A stretch of DNA of 64,000 nucleotides, from the NCBI GenBank assembly GCA_025823825.1, contig GCA_025823825.1_4720.1, one strand, 5' to 3'. A program made the translations under genes and the position numbers. Of this stretch, positions 40,375-50,357 are shown in pieces. This DNA is from a phage. The first letter of the stretch is position 1. Each line of letters begins with the position of its first letter. The notes beneath the pieces are model-generated. The model had not been told where the DNA came from. It saw only the letters and a list, made by a program, of their open reading frames with translations, and did not search any database.

Positions 40375-40569
40375 AAAAAGGATAATAACTGACAGAAAGA
40401 TATCGATGATGTTCGTGAAACAAGATCTTCTCTCGTGTACAATGATGCTAGATCAGAGGGAGGTTGTAACACGAGAGGTGGTCCGCCAAAGAAGGAATAA
40501 AAACACGAACCTATCTTATTTCACTGATGGCACTAACCACTCAAAATATATAGTACTGTATGTAAAAGT

Positions 40570-40983
40570 TTACTGATTAATCAAGTCGTTAGCAACAATC
40601 TTGGTGTAGCCTGCCTGATTAAGAATTTGATTAATTTTCGTCACGTCGGTCGCATCCTCAATAACGATGCTGGGTTTATAGATCAGCGTCTTGGTAACGA
40701 CGATTGTACTCTCCTTAATCCAAGGAATCCCTAGAATCACATACTCACCATCGGCTGTAATGACCTCGACGTAATTGTATTTCGTCGGATCGTTCGGTAC
40801 ACTAGACGGGAGCCGGGAATAAATCTGTTGGTGAATGGCGTCTACATCACGACCGTTACGTACAGCTGTGCGATAATTGTACACAGCGCTAATTTCTACT
40901 CCGTTGAAGTTAACCCCAAGTTCTGGGGCGTACACATCAAAACTCACAACAGAGCCAATCTTTTCTAAATCAGAAGCTGGCAT
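40570..40983 (-). CDS. hypothetical protein
   Basis: 137-aa ORF followed by stem-loop plus T-tract. Confidence 0.5.
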   Translation of the reverse strand: MPASDLEKIGSVVSFDVYAPELGVNFNGVEISAVYNYRTAVRNGRDVDAIHQQIYSRLPSSVPNDPTKYNYVEVITADGEYVILGIPWIKESTIVVTKTLIYKPSIVIEDATDVTKINQILNQAGYTKIVANDLINQ

Positions 40984-40994
40984 AATAGCATCCT

Positions 40995-41396
40995 TTATTT
41001 AAAAATGTATTCATATCCGAAAGTCGTCGCTGACCAGACCCGGATAGATGATAGTGTTCCGCCACGATAAAACGTTTTTGTAAACTCCATATCCTGGACA
41101 ACACGATAATAAACACGTCCGATAATACGCACGATAAGGTTTCGTGATAACGATCTCTCCTCGCAGTATTCATCGATAAAGTCATCGTCGATATCCGATA
41201 AGACAACATCCGCAATTTCTTGCAGTAGATTCCTCATCAGCATCTGCCTTCCTTCGGTACCCCACCCAGACAAACAGTAATCGTCTTCTGCCTGACTATA
41301 GATGTCGTTAACCGCCTGTTCGAGCAGTTGCTCAAGATAGTAGTCATCGCGTTTTATAACGTGGCGACGGCGCTCAGTGGCGTATTTTTCCATCCT
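40995..41396 (-). CDS. hypothetical protein
   Basis: Track ORF 40995..41516 overlaps upstream gene; internal start near 41396 (MEKYATERRR) assumed. Confidence 0.4.
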   Translation of the reverse strand, partial: RMEKYATERRRHVIKRDDYYLEQLLEQAVNDIYSQAEDDYCLSGWGTEGRQMLMRNLLQEIADVVLSDIDDDFIDEYCEERSLSRNLIVRIIGRVYYRVVQDMEFTKTFYRGGTLSSIRVWSATTFGYEYIFK

Positions 41397-41842
41397 GTGT
41401 TTCTCTTGTTCGGCGTATGTATTAACGACGCCACAGTCTTTTCTGGATCGTCCCACAATGCGCGACGAAAACTGGATACTACCATAACGGTAGGATAGAT
41501 TTGTACAACCTCCCATCCGTAACGATGTGCGTTAGTCGTACGTCCGACATTGAACAGACATAACTGATTTAAGAAACAGAGCTGCATCTTCGTAAACAAC
41601 ACCATGTCTTCACGTTTAACGTATCCGAGGATATACGCATTCTCGAACGCCTCGCGTGACAAGACGGGACGATTAAGATACCGCAACGACAGTACCAACA
41701 ACGTTGTTATGCGCAACGGATCTTCTGGGTCATTCATGGTGCTCAGCTCTGCTTGTAACCAGTCAGGGATAGTAACCGTCAGACGATAGGTATCTGTTCC
41801 ACGATCAACCACATTCAATGTTGAAAAAGGCAACATATCCAT
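41354..41842 (-). CDS. hypothetical protein
   Basis: 162-aa ORF. Confidence 0.45.
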   Translation of the reverse strand: MDMLPFSTLNVVDRGTDTYRLTVTIPDWLQAELSTMNDPEDPLRITTLLVLSLRYLNRPVLSREAFENAYILGYVKREDMVLFTKMQLCFLNQLCLFNVGRTTNAHRYGWEVVQIYPTVMVVSSFRRALWDDPEKTVASLIHTPNKRNTGWKNTPLSAVATL

Positions 41843-42299
41843 GAATTCCTTCTAGCTCGAGGTTGTTCTCGCCGGTCTTCGGTAATAACCCACTGGCCGT
41901 TAACATCTGTGTCATCGAGTAGTCAAAGCACGGAAATATCAGGTTAACGGTTTCCTGGATCGCGTCAACATAACTATAAATGGCTTCATAATACTCACCG
42001 TCATGATCCACGCTAACCAGTTCCTGACACAGTTCTTCGCTTATCATTTCATATACCGGCGGATACCACGATTGAAATGGTCGCTGCATACGTAACGACC
42101 AGTACTCGTACGTCGTATACTGAAGCACGTCATAAGCCGATACATTAATGCGGTCGAAGAAAGCATACTTGTCCATATGCTGATACAACATCGCCAGTAC
42201 GGTTTCCAAGCACACCGATATCCGCACGCCATCATCTTTCCCGTTAAGAAAATTAGGTTTCTGCCGATAACGCACAAATGCCGACGGCTTTGATTGCAT
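41805..42299 (-). CDS. hypothetical protein
   Basis: ATG at 42299 (MQSKPSAF) overlaps the upstream stop as TAATG. Confidence 0.45.
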   Translation of the reverse strand: MQSKPSAFVRYRQKPNFLNGKDDGVRISVCLETVLAMLYQHMDKYAFFDRINVSAYDVLQYTTYEYWSLRMQRPFQSWYPPVYEMISEELCQELVSVDHDGEYYEAIYSYVDAIQETVNLIFPCFDYSMTQMLTASGLLPKTGENNLELEGIHGYVAFFNIECG

Positions 42300-42784
42300 T
42301 ATTCCACCACCAACCATAACGTCATACTCGTATCTAACGTAAAATTGAAATGCCACCAATCTTCTACACGTGGAATCCACGTACGAAGGATTTGGTTAAC
42401 TTCGCTTCGCATCACCGATAAACGACAACGAAAGTCGAACTTCTCATCATGGCCATAGTCTTCATGCATGAAAACTTCATCCAAAACGAACTCAAGTTGC
42501 ATGTCGACATCACGGCCAGAGATATTCCGTTTGTACAAATACAACTCAATCGTGTCGTAAAGCAACGTGTGAATATCATAATTTCCGTTCGGTGAGAAAT
42601 AAGGTAATCGCTCATCGAGCATCGTAAACAGATATTCGCTGTAGTTTAATAACGGGATGATGTACCGACGCCCTGTCTGTGGTGTGCGAATATGTATCGA
42701 AACCTGACTTGGGCGCGGAATAACCGACGGCTTAGAATCGTCTCTCTGAAATTGCTCTAAAGATCGCAACAAAGGTGGCCGCAT
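42299..42784 (-). CDS. hypothetical protein
   Basis: N-terminal about 65 aa of track ORF 42299..42982 look non-protein-like; internal start near 42784 assumed. Confidence 0.4.
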   Translation of the reverse strand: MRPPLLRSLEQFQRDDSKPSVIPRPSQVSIHIRTPQTGRRYIIPLLNYSEYLFTMLDERLPYFSPNGNYDIHTLLYDTIELYLYKRNISGRDVDMQLEFVLDEVFMHEDYGHDEKFDFRCRLSVMRSEVNQILRTWIPRVEDWWHFNFTLDTSMTLWLVVE

Positions 42785-43361
42785 TGTAACTCTCCAACGC
42801 CCAATTGTAAGGCCCTTCCAACATGTGTTCCCATACGTGAATAAACTCACTACCGAAGACAGGCTCCAGCGCCATGGTGAGATTCGTAAGTTCTGACGCA
42901 GCCGCATGGTAAGCATCAACATGTCTTTCCATTGACGGATCGTCTTCATTGAAAATACGTTCTGTGTCGCCAGCCCGTTCAATAAGTTCGGTAATGAGAT
43001 CTGTCCATGTCTCGTGACACGTCATCATTTCCTGTTCTCGACTTAGTATGCCGATGTCTGCGTGGACGCTGGACTCGAACCGGTCTAAAAGGACCCGAAG
43101 AACGTGCACCTTGTCGATGTATTTCACCGTTATCCAAGAAAGCGGTTGCCATCGACTCAGCATCCATCCGGTACTCGGGAACCCCAAACTCATATAGTAC
43201 GGGTTGCACGGGACCGAAGACGGAGCGGCGTTGTTTAAATCGTTCCTTAAGGGCAAGGCCTTGTTTAATGTAAATGGGTTCATTGGCGAGTTGTTTCGCT
43301 TTTCGTTTCGCGTGAGCCAATCGAAGTTCTTCCAATTGCCCAAGCCATTCAAATTGTTCAT
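42732..43361 (-). CDS. hypothetical protein, possibly the 3' part of a frameshifted gene
   Basis: First about 80 aa look non-protein-like, remainder protein-like; see finding. Confidence 0.4.
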   Translation of the reverse strand: MNNLNGLGNWKNFDWLTRNEKRNNSPMNPFTLNKALPLRNDLNNAAPSSVPCNPYYMSLGFPSTGWMLSRWQPLSWITVKYIDKVHVLRVLLDRFESSVHADIGILSREQEMMTCHETWTDLITELIERAGDTERIFNEDDPSMERHVDAYHAAASELTNLTMALEPVFGSEFIHVWEHMLEGPYNWALESYNAATFVAIFRAISERRF

Positions 43362-43956
43362 CTGTTAGCTCCTGGGGACGTTCAACAATCGCGCCAGATG
43401 GGCAGACATTGATCGTGATGTTAATTGATGGCATCGCCATCACTTGAGGGTTACTATTACGTACGCGGACAACATGTTCGGTTGCTGACTTACGATCAAC
43501 GCAATACTCTGTTTCTTGGAACTCAAATGCTTTTAACGGCGTTGGTTTTGTTTGACGTTTAGGAACGCGGCCAAGATCAACAATATAGGCATAATCGCAC
43601 ACACGTTCTATTCCGTAAATACGGTTATCCGACCAGTTCTTACCAAACAGCTTGTTGTGATGATAAGACAGATATTCGGTTACCATACCCTGGACAACAT
43701 CGAAGTCTTCTCGAAATTCAGGTTGGTACCAAATCGGGCCGAGAATATCTGCGAACGATTCATGGCGATATCGAGGATCATGTCGAGTCCATGTCATTCT
43801 CTGATTAAGATCGAAATCCACCAACAACTCGGTTAATTGCAATTTTTCCTTCGGAGAAAGCTGGCGTTGATGATGCAAACTCAGACAATCGATAAGCGGT
43901 AATGAAACCCACGATGCTAATGTGTACAAATCGATCCTGGCTAATCTCTTGGTCAT
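42979..43956 (-). CDS. hypothetical protein, possibly the 5' part of a frameshifted gene
   Basis: Protein-like for about 280 aa, then Arg/Pro-rich junk in the overlap with the next ORF. Confidence 0.4.
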   Translation of the reverse strand: MTKRLARIDLYTLASWVSLPLIDCLSLHHQRQLSPKEKLQLTELLVDFDLNQRMTWTRHDPRYRHESFADILGPIWYQPEFREDFDVVQGMVTEYLSYHHNKLFGKNWSDNRIYGIERVCDYAYIVDLGRVPKRQTKPTPLKAFEFQETEYCVDRKSATEHVVRVRNSNPQVMAMPSINITINVCPSGAIVERPQELTDEQFEWLGQLEELRLAHAKRKAKQLANEPIYIKQGLALKERFKQRRSVFGPVQPVLYEFGVPEYRMDAESMATAFLDNGEIHRQGARSSGPFRPVRVQRPRRHRHTKSRTGNDDVSRDMDRSHYRTY

Positions 43957-44047
43957 ACTCTTTTCCTAAGTCCCCATTGTTTATACACACGATATCTGGG
44001 AATAGTTAAAATATACGGCGTAAAACGAAGCAGGAGAGTTTCTGACG

Positions 44048-44368
44048 TCATTTTCTCCCTCTTCGAATACCACCGATACCTCTTTCGTCTAAGACGTCCC
44101 AAGCACGCTTTATTTCATCCTCCGTTGCTCTGGTATCTGAAGGGACAACCATAACACAGTCGTGGAATGGCCAATGTGTAGGTCTGGGGTCAGCGAACAA
44201 ATCATCCCATTCAAATGTCCATTCTTTCTTTGAGCGGTTGTAGTAGAGCGTAAGATACGTATTGGTGTATGCTGGATAACCGTGCATAACCTCAATATTC
44301 TTACGATCCAGCCGTTCCTGATTCCAATCGTTAAACCGCTTTCTTATTTTCTCCCACCATTTTCCCAT
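44048..44368 (-). CDS. hypothetical protein
   Basis: 106-aa ORF. Confidence 0.5.
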   Translation of the reverse strand: MGKWWEKIRKRFNDWNQERLDRKNIEVMHGYPAYTNTYLTLYYNRSKKEWTFEWDDLFADPRPTHWPFHDCVMVVPSDTRATEDEIKRAWDVLDERGIGGIRRGRK

Positions 44369-44421
44369 GCTTTCTCCTACGCGGCATAAAAGCCTGCCCC
44401 GAAGGACAGGCTCGATAGAAC

Positions 44422-44622
44422 TTAATAACCATCCAATTTCAATGAAGGATGGTTGACGATATGTGCGTGTTTTGCTGGGTCATATAGCTGATATGGAAAA
44501 TAGCCATGCCATTGACGACCTTGGCATTTCGTACACAAGAACTGACCAACACCTTGTCGATTCTCGTAAGCGAGTTCGGTACTATCAACATGACCGCAAC
44601 GTTCGCAAATAAACAGCGACAT
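44422..44622 (-). CDS. small zinc-ribbon protein
   Basis: 66-aa ORF with CERCGH...CTKC. Confidence 0.45.
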   Translation of the reverse strand: MSLFICERCGHVDSTELAYENRQGVGQFLCTKCQGRQWHGYFPYQLYDPAKHAHIVNHPSLKLDGY

Positions 44623-44660
44623 AGCGCATCCCCATTCACTTGAACTTTTTTGGTTCGGTG

Positions 44661-45641
44661 TTAGAAAAGCAAGAAACCGCTGTTCTTCGCTTCTGCTACA
44701 GTTTCATCACCAACTTTCGGTGCTTGTTGACGTGCGTTACGATGTTCGATGTAACGTTTCGCTTCGTCAGCGATTTGTTTGATAATACCCCCTAAACGAT
44801 CGGTACTTAAAACAAACGACGTCGCTTCACGAATCGGACTGCTTTCAGGCACAAAACCATCACAGCTGTAAATAGCGCTAACACCCATGACTTTTGTCGC
44901 GTCTTTCGGATAAAGCGTACAGAAAGCAATCGGGCTATCGTTCTCTTTCGTCCAATCGTATCCCATGAACGTATTCAGTTCGGTAATCGTTGGTTCCAAA
45001 CCGGTAACACGTGGATGGTTTAAGAAGTTTTCCAGGTCGGCGCTGTCAAGACGGCGGTTCTCGCCAGAAAACAGAACACAAAGCTGGCTAATAACAACCT
45101 GGACGTCCAGGTTGACATCCTGCTCCGATTTCCCATTTTCGCCATTCATGTGATAGCTAACAATCACCGGACGTTTCAATCCTTCTGCAGCTGCCATCAG
45201 TCCTTTAAAGGTACGATCGGCGTTGATCGTTTGACGCTCATCATCGAACGAGGCAACGATGCAACATACCACACGTTCACCACGTTCCAGCAGGTTAGCA
45301 ACCAACGCAGGACCGGCAACAGAACCTGAACCACCGCTCAAACTAAAGACCACGATATTAAATTTACCTGGCGTATGCTTATTGAGAATACCTGGGATTT
45401 GCGAGCAGATCAGTTCAGCGTTCTCGTCGCGCTTCTTACCAGAACCGTCTAACTCACGACCGGCCGCATCTTTAAAGATGTAAATATGATCGTCGTCCAG
45501 TGTGCTATCGCGTAGGTTAGCGCGGCTGGTATCAACATACGTCATGCTGTGTAATCCTTTCGCGACTTCGCCTTCAAATGCTGAGCCGATTTCGCCACCA
45601 CAACCACCGACAGCCCAAATATGTACTTGGTTCTCTTGCAT
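44661..45641 (-). CDS. phuZ: tubulin/FtsZ-like GTPase PhuZ
   Basis: AVGGCGGEIG near N-terminus and tubulin signature FSLSGGSGSVAGP (~ PhuZ GGGSGSVLGP); 326 aa with C-terminal tail; AGGAG RBS. Confidence 0.8.
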   Translation of the reverse strand: MQENQVHIWAVGGCGGEIGSAFEGEVAKGLHSMTYVDTSRANLRDSTLDDDHIYIFKDAAGRELDGSGKKRDENAELICSQIPGILNKHTPGKFNIVVFSLSGGSGSVAGPALVANLLERGERVVCCIVASFDDERQTINADRTFKGLMAAAEGLKRPVIVSYHMNGENGKSEQDVNLDVQVVISQLCVLFSGENRRLDSADLENFLNHPRVTGLEPTITELNTFMGYDWTKENDSPIAFCTLYPKDATKVMGVSAIYSCDGFVPESSPIREATSFVLSTDRLGGIIKQIADEAKRYIEHRNARQQAPKVGDETVAEAKNSGFLLF

Positions 45642-45705
45642 GTGAACTCCTAACTTAATATGTATTTAACGCACAATGAATCTTTCTTTGCTAAAGGGGT
45701 GACCC

Positions 45706-46548
45706 ATGGGTGCTATTGACTACAGTGTAGATCGTATCTGTCGTACAATACCGGCAGATATCCTACAGTATTGCTATATCGATCGTTACGACTGGCGTAA
45801 TCGCTATCCTCGTTCCGTAGAAGACATCATTACCGATTGGGTAATCCGTAAACGGGTTATCGGTGACATCGATATCTACGGGGGACTACAAACCGTTATT
45901 CCCCTTGACGATGCAGGTGTCACTATCGAAGAAGTCACCATTAACTGTTATGTTTTCCATATTCCGTTGGAAGCCACGCAGGGACGTTACATCACGTCCG
46001 CATTATCCATTATCTCAGGAAGCGTGAACAACTACGGAATAAACTATAACGGTCAATGGGGCGCTTTCAACCAAACCCAGTTTCAACGTCAGCTTTGTGG
46101 GTGGAACCCTGCAAGCAACACGTTACAGCAAGGGATGAACGCGTTCGGTCCCATGAACGTTCTTAGTACAGCCAACGTCGACATCATCGCCCCTAACACC
46201 ATCATGGTGAACAACGTCACGCCTGTACAATTTCCCCTGAGCCTACGCTGTTTCCTTGCCCACGATCCAGAACTCACCAACCTCAGCATGGAGGTTTGGA
46301 ACGACTTCTACAAACTCTGTTTATACGCCACACAAAGTGACATCTACAACAGAACCGTTATCCGTCTCGATAGAGGTGTTACAGCACAAGGACAAGAAGT
46401 CGGTGCATTCAAGGAATACATCGATCGCTTTGCTGATGCTGAAAACACGTACCAAGAATTCCTGAACGAAACGTGGGCGGGCGTTGCTGCCTGGAACGAT
46501 CCACAAACTAAACGTCGTGCTATTCGACTACAAACCGGTTACTTCTGA
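45706..46548 (+). CDS. hypothetical protein
   Basis: 280-aa plus-strand ORF followed by a stem-loop terminator. Confidence 0.55.
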   Translation: MGAIDYSVDRICRTIPADILQYCYIDRYDWRNRYPRSVEDIITDWVIRKRVIGDIDIYGGLQTVIPLDDAGVTIEEVTINCYVFHIPLEATQGRYITSALSIISGSVNNYGINYNGQWGAFNQTQFQRQLCGWNPASNTLQQGMNAFGPMNVLSTANVDIIAPNTIMVNNVTPVQFPLSLRCFLAHDPELTNLSMEVWNDFYKLCLYATQSDIYNRTVIRLDRGVTAQGQEVGAFKEYIDRFADAENTYQEFLNETWAGVAAWNDPQTKRRAIRLQTGYF

Positions 46549-47075
46549 TTAACGACAGCTTCCTCCCTCGGTGTTTTCGAGGGAGGTATTTGCCGTTTGA
46601 AGACTTTCAGTACGTTCGCAAATTCAGCAGCAATAATACAGGCCGAGGTTGATAGCTTATTACTGAAAATGAGATCGTCCGGTAAACAATCGAACTGAAT
46701 ACCGTATTGCGTCTTTGTCTCATCAACGATCAATGACGGTGTCGATCTTGTCTTCGCGATGTCGGTGATATACAAACGTAAAAATAATTCACCGTCTTCG
46801 CTATCCATAAAACGATAGGCGTTACCAGAAAACGCAACACATGGCGTAACGATAAATTGAACACGATCGTCGGTCGGATGGATATTTAACCAACGTTCGA
46901 TATCACTGCTACTCACATTTTGCATATTTACTACGGTAAAAGCAAATAGCGTATCATGATGTTTGGAATAATGCAGCACATACGCCGCACCTTTCTTTTT
47001 GTGAATCCCTTCAATGTATTCTATTGTCGTATAGCCGGATTTATATAGCTTTGCTTTCGGTTTCTCACTCATCAT
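46539..47075 (-). CDS. hypothetical protein
   Basis: Start near 47075 (MMSEKPK) assumed; 3' end converges on the plus gene and runs through the shared hairpin. Confidence 0.45.
   Translation of the reverse strand: MMSEKPKAKLYKSGYTTIEYIEGIHKKKGAAYVLHYSKHHDTLFAFTVVNMQNVSSSDIERWLNIHPTDDRVQFIVTPCVAFSGNAYRFMDSEDGELFLRLYITDIAKTRSTPSLIVDETKTQYGIQFDCLPDDLIFSNKLSTSACIIAAEFANVLKVFKRQIPPSKTPREEAVVNQK
46562..46598 (+). terminator. terminator-like hairpin at convergent gene junction
   Basis: CCTCCCTCG-GTGTTT-CGAGGGAGG followed by T-rich TATTTGCCGTTT. Confidence 0.5.
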
Positions 47076-47371
47076 AACAACCCTTCCCGTTTCATCGCAG
47101 CACGCATACTTGCGTAAAGCGCATTCTTCATTGCACCTGGACGCAACGGATAACAAATCTCATATCGACGTCCTTGTTTTACAGCAATTTTCCTTCCGTT
47201 CAGAAACAACGTGCCATTATCTAGCAACAACTCACCTTGTAGTACCATGAGTCCTGCTTTAACATGACGTCCTTCTTCTTTCGTTAAGACCTTATAGCCG
47301 TGTTTATCCAATAACCACAATTCGTAGATACCACGCGCAGCCTTCGGCATTACTTTCTTCTTCGTCGTCAT
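47072..47371 (-). CDS. hypothetical protein
   Basis: 99-aa ORF. Confidence 0.45.
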   Translation of the reverse strand: MTTKKKVMPKAARGIYELWLLDKHGYKVLTKEEGRHVKAGLMVLQGELLLDNGTLFLNGRKIAVKQGRRYEICYPLRPGAMKNALYASMRAAMKREGLL

Positions 47372-47383
47372 GGAAGATCCTCC

Positions 47384-47758
47384 TTAAACTCCTTGTCGGA
47401 TCATCACCAACCGGAGCATGTTGTATTCCAATGTAGCGCTTTCTAATTCGAATTCATATCGATACCAGAAATTCGGCTCTAATTGACCTACAACACATTT
47501 ACGAACATCTGTCTGCACCTTCCTCGACAGCACCTGTAACAGTTGTGTTATCTCCGGCTTGAAGTAATGCGCCAAACCTAACTGATCAGAATAAAACAGG
47601 CCACAATCAAAGATGGCCTGTAAAATAACATATTCAACCATCAGGTGACGCGCATCGGGGTCAGGGAATGGCGAACGTAAAGCGAGGTCTAACACATCGA
47701 CAATTGGGCCGACATAAATGGCGGCACGGTACTCACGAATAACGCTGATGTTATCCAT
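47384..47758 (-). CDS. hypothetical protein
   Basis: 124-aa ORF. Confidence 0.5.
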   Translation of the reverse strand: MDNISVIREYRAAIYVGPIVDVLDLALRSPFPDPDARHLMVEYVILQAIFDCGLFYSDQLGLAHYFKPEITQLLQVLSRKVQTDVRKCVVGQLEPNFWYRYEFELESATLEYNMLRLVMIRQGV

Positions 47759-47771
47759 GATAACCTATTCG

Positions 47772-48596
47772 TTAACTATCGCTTTCTGATGTATCGACGT
47801 AGTTGAAAATACGATCCCGTAAGCACTCGTAACGAGGCAATGCGCTAAGAATGATCATCTTCAACTGCATCGCGATCGATACGCGTTCTTCATCCGATGC
47901 ATCGTCTCCCCATTTACCAGGCTTAACCTGAATGGGTTCGTGCGGATCCTGCGGGAATATAAAACTTAACAACAGATAATCCGTACGGAACTCCCATACT
48001 TCTCGACCGTCGTTATCGGTTTCTTTACGCAACGTGAAGAGTTGACGTTCGGTGGTTGGATCCAGCATCAGCGGTCGACCACGAACAATCTCCAGTTTAC
48101 GTGGACTGACGAACGTCGTACGTTCAGGAAGGTATTTTTCAACATCATCCGTATCCAACAAGAACAAAATGATGTCGTCGAAATACTTCGGTGCGTACGT
48201 GTGTATCGGTTCACCGTCGCTATACGAAGAGATCTCTTGAAGTATTGGTGTCTTACACGAAAAGTTCTGGCACGAACCACGGGTGATCGGTAAGGTGGTC
48301 CATTGATGTTCTGTAGACAATTCAACAGGCACCAACGGATAATCATCGATGAAGACCACACACGTTGTACTAATGGGTATTCTTCCATCATTACCTGGCT
48401 CAAAAACCAAACGTATCTTACCAGTAATCAACGCCATCTCATCTGGCATTAAATGGCTTGCTGAACGAGCAAGTCTGAAACCGCTCGCCTGTTTATAAGG
48501 TTCGGGTTTATAGCCACGGACAATAAGAGAGACATCCGCAAGTTCAACGCTCACAAATACATCTTTGGTGTCTTCATTGTTCGTCGTTAACGTCAT
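47772..48596 (-). CDS. hypothetical protein
   Basis: 274-aa ORF. Confidence 0.5.
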   Translation of the reverse strand: MTLTTNNEDTKDVFVSVELADVSLIVRGYKPEPYKQASGFRLARSASHLMPDEMALITGKIRLVFEPGNDGRIPISTTCVVFIDDYPLVPVELSTEHQWTTLPITRGSCQNFSCKTPILQEISSYSDGEPIHTYAPKYFDDIILFLLDTDDVEKYLPERTTFVSPRKLEIVRGRPLMLDPTTERQLFTLRKETDNDGREVWEFRTDYLLLSFIFPQDPHEPIQVKPGKWGDDASDEERVSIAMQLKMIILSALPRYECLRDRIFNYVDTSESDS

Positions 48597-49611
48597 TGTT
48601 CATTTTCTCCATTGCAACAAATCGTTCAAGCTCGCGTAATAAACGCTCTTTTAACGCAGGATCAACTTCCGGAGCATGTTTATCACGATACCACTCTGTC
48701 CCGTTGTATTGCAGGCTAACGTGCCATGTTCCTAAAGGGCTTTCCTCTGCAGCAGCAATGAAATTCTTAACGCCGGTTTTGGTAGGATACTCCATGATAG
48801 GAACAGCCTGCTTCAGATCCATCACGGTAAGATCCTGGAAGTTATAATCCAGGAGCGTTAACGCACGTTTGTCACGTAGCAGTAACCCGCAATCCAAAAT
48901 GGTGAAATCGATACCCCAAAATTGTAGCTTACCGCCCGTACTGATAGGAATATGACCGCGATAGACCGCGAGATAGATCTCCCCCTTATCGGTTTCTTTA
49001 TTGTATCCTGCGATGAATGCTGCGGTAATTAACGGCTGATCACCTTTCGCAAAGAAAACAGGATGCGTACGATAAAGCCAATCATTACGGATTAAATCTG
49101 ATACCTGGCCTAAACGTGCCGTGGGCACCATTGTCGAGCCTAAGTCACTATTACTAACTTCGAATTGGTAATATTCAAACAGAACACCGTCGACTTCTTC
49201 TTTAGCGTATGGCTCACGAGCCGGATTAGCGAGTAGGTAACGTAACTTGTTATCGATTTCGGCTACGCGTTCCTCATGGGTATCCATACGACTAGCGATG
49301 ACGAAAGCAGCCAGATTACGTACGCTAAGGAACACGTCATCTTTCTCTTGGTCACTTAGTCCTTCTTCATCTGCTAGCGTTGTCCAATGCAGTGGCCCCT
49401 CCACCATCTTTAACCATTTGTCTTCACGCTCTGGGTAAACAAAGGGTTTATGCACAGGAACATTGGTATGCTGAACGCGCAATAGTAACGAACAAGGGGA
49501 TTGCATTATCGACTCCCATGGCACTATACCACTCGTGACAGCGATGACGTGACGATTAAGAACAAGAGAAGCTGAATAGGTGATGTTATCTAATCCTGGT
49601 AATTGATCCAT
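48574..49611 (-). CDS. hypothetical protein
   Basis: 345-aa ORF preceded by a 300-nt AT-rich intergenic region. Confidence 0.5.
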   Translation of the reverse strand: MDQLPGLDNITYSASLVLNRHVIAVTSGIVPWESIMQSPCSLLLRVQHTNVPVHKPFVYPEREDKWLKMVEGPLHWTTLADEEGLSDQEKDDVFLSVRNLAAFVIASRMDTHEERVAEIDNKLRYLLANPAREPYAKEEVDGVLFEYYQFEVSNSDLGSTMVPTARLGQVSDLIRNDWLYRTHPVFFAKGDQPLITAAFIAGYNKETDKGEIYLAVYRGHIPISTGGKLQFWGIDFTILDCGLLLRDKRALTLLDYNFQDLTVMDLKQAVPIMEYPTKTGVKNFIAAAEESPLGTWHVSLQYNGTEWYRDKHAPEVDPALKERLLRELERFVAMEKMNNDVNDEQ

Positions 49612-49866
49612 GATAGGAATCCTTAGTATGTTTGATATGTTGTTTAATTGACATATTAAGTTTAAAAGAGGTTATGTTTTACGTAATGTTAATAACGTAT
49701 TCTTATCTCTATTAAGTTATGTTCTATCTAAAGATAGTAAACAGATATAATGCTCCCCACCTCCCCATTCTCCCAAGTAATACTGGCCTACCGGCCCTCT
49801 CCTTTTTAAGGGAGAGAGTAAGCATTCAGTATTGCTCAAATGAATAAGCAAAACAGTATAAACTTA

Positions 49867-49890
49867 CCGTCTCGAGACAACTCGAGACGG
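49867..49890 (-). terminator. perfect palindrome hairpin
   Basis: CCGTCTCGAG-ACAA-CTCGAGACGG, 30 nt downstream of minus-strand gene end. Confidence 0.45.
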
Positions 49891-49919
49891 CGTAGTAGTA
49901 TCTGTTTATCTCTTTTATG

Positions 49920-50357
49920 TTAACAGCCTATTTCTGCATGAACCTTTAACGATTCGAATACATCTTCCTTCTTTATCATCGTCTTGTATAAACGTGATTG
50001 AGCGATGATCTTTATCCATTGTTGCGGATCGTGTAAGTTCACATTTTCAAAACAGGGTGGGGTATTATCTCCGTCGAGTCGGATATACCCCAAGAGCAAT
50101 CCTTCATGATCTCCTCGACGGATTTCGATATGCGGTTTGAAAAAGATGCGGTTATCTGGTGGATACCAGCTTACGGTGTAGTAATGGTTTCCTGAAACAA
50201 CGATTTCGTGAACGGTTTTTGTCTCATCATCGATAACCGCGTTTACGCTGGGAATCATTAATTTTTGAAGCACGGGACATAAACCTCCATCAACATCGCA
50301 TAAAGCGCACCAAGCCCGTGCAGGACTAGGTCGGGTGCAAAGGTCGGTGTGTAACAT
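49920..50357 (-). CDS. hypothetical protein
   Basis: 145-aa ORF followed by perfect palindrome hairpin. Confidence 0.5.
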   Translation of the reverse strand: MLHTDLCTRPSPARAWCALCDVDGGLCPVLQKLMIPSVNAVIDDETKTVHEIVVSGNHYYTVSWYPPDNRIFFKPHIEIRRGDHEGLLLGYIRLDGDNTPPCFENVNLHDPQQWIKIIAQSRLYKTMIKKEDVFESLKVHAEIGC

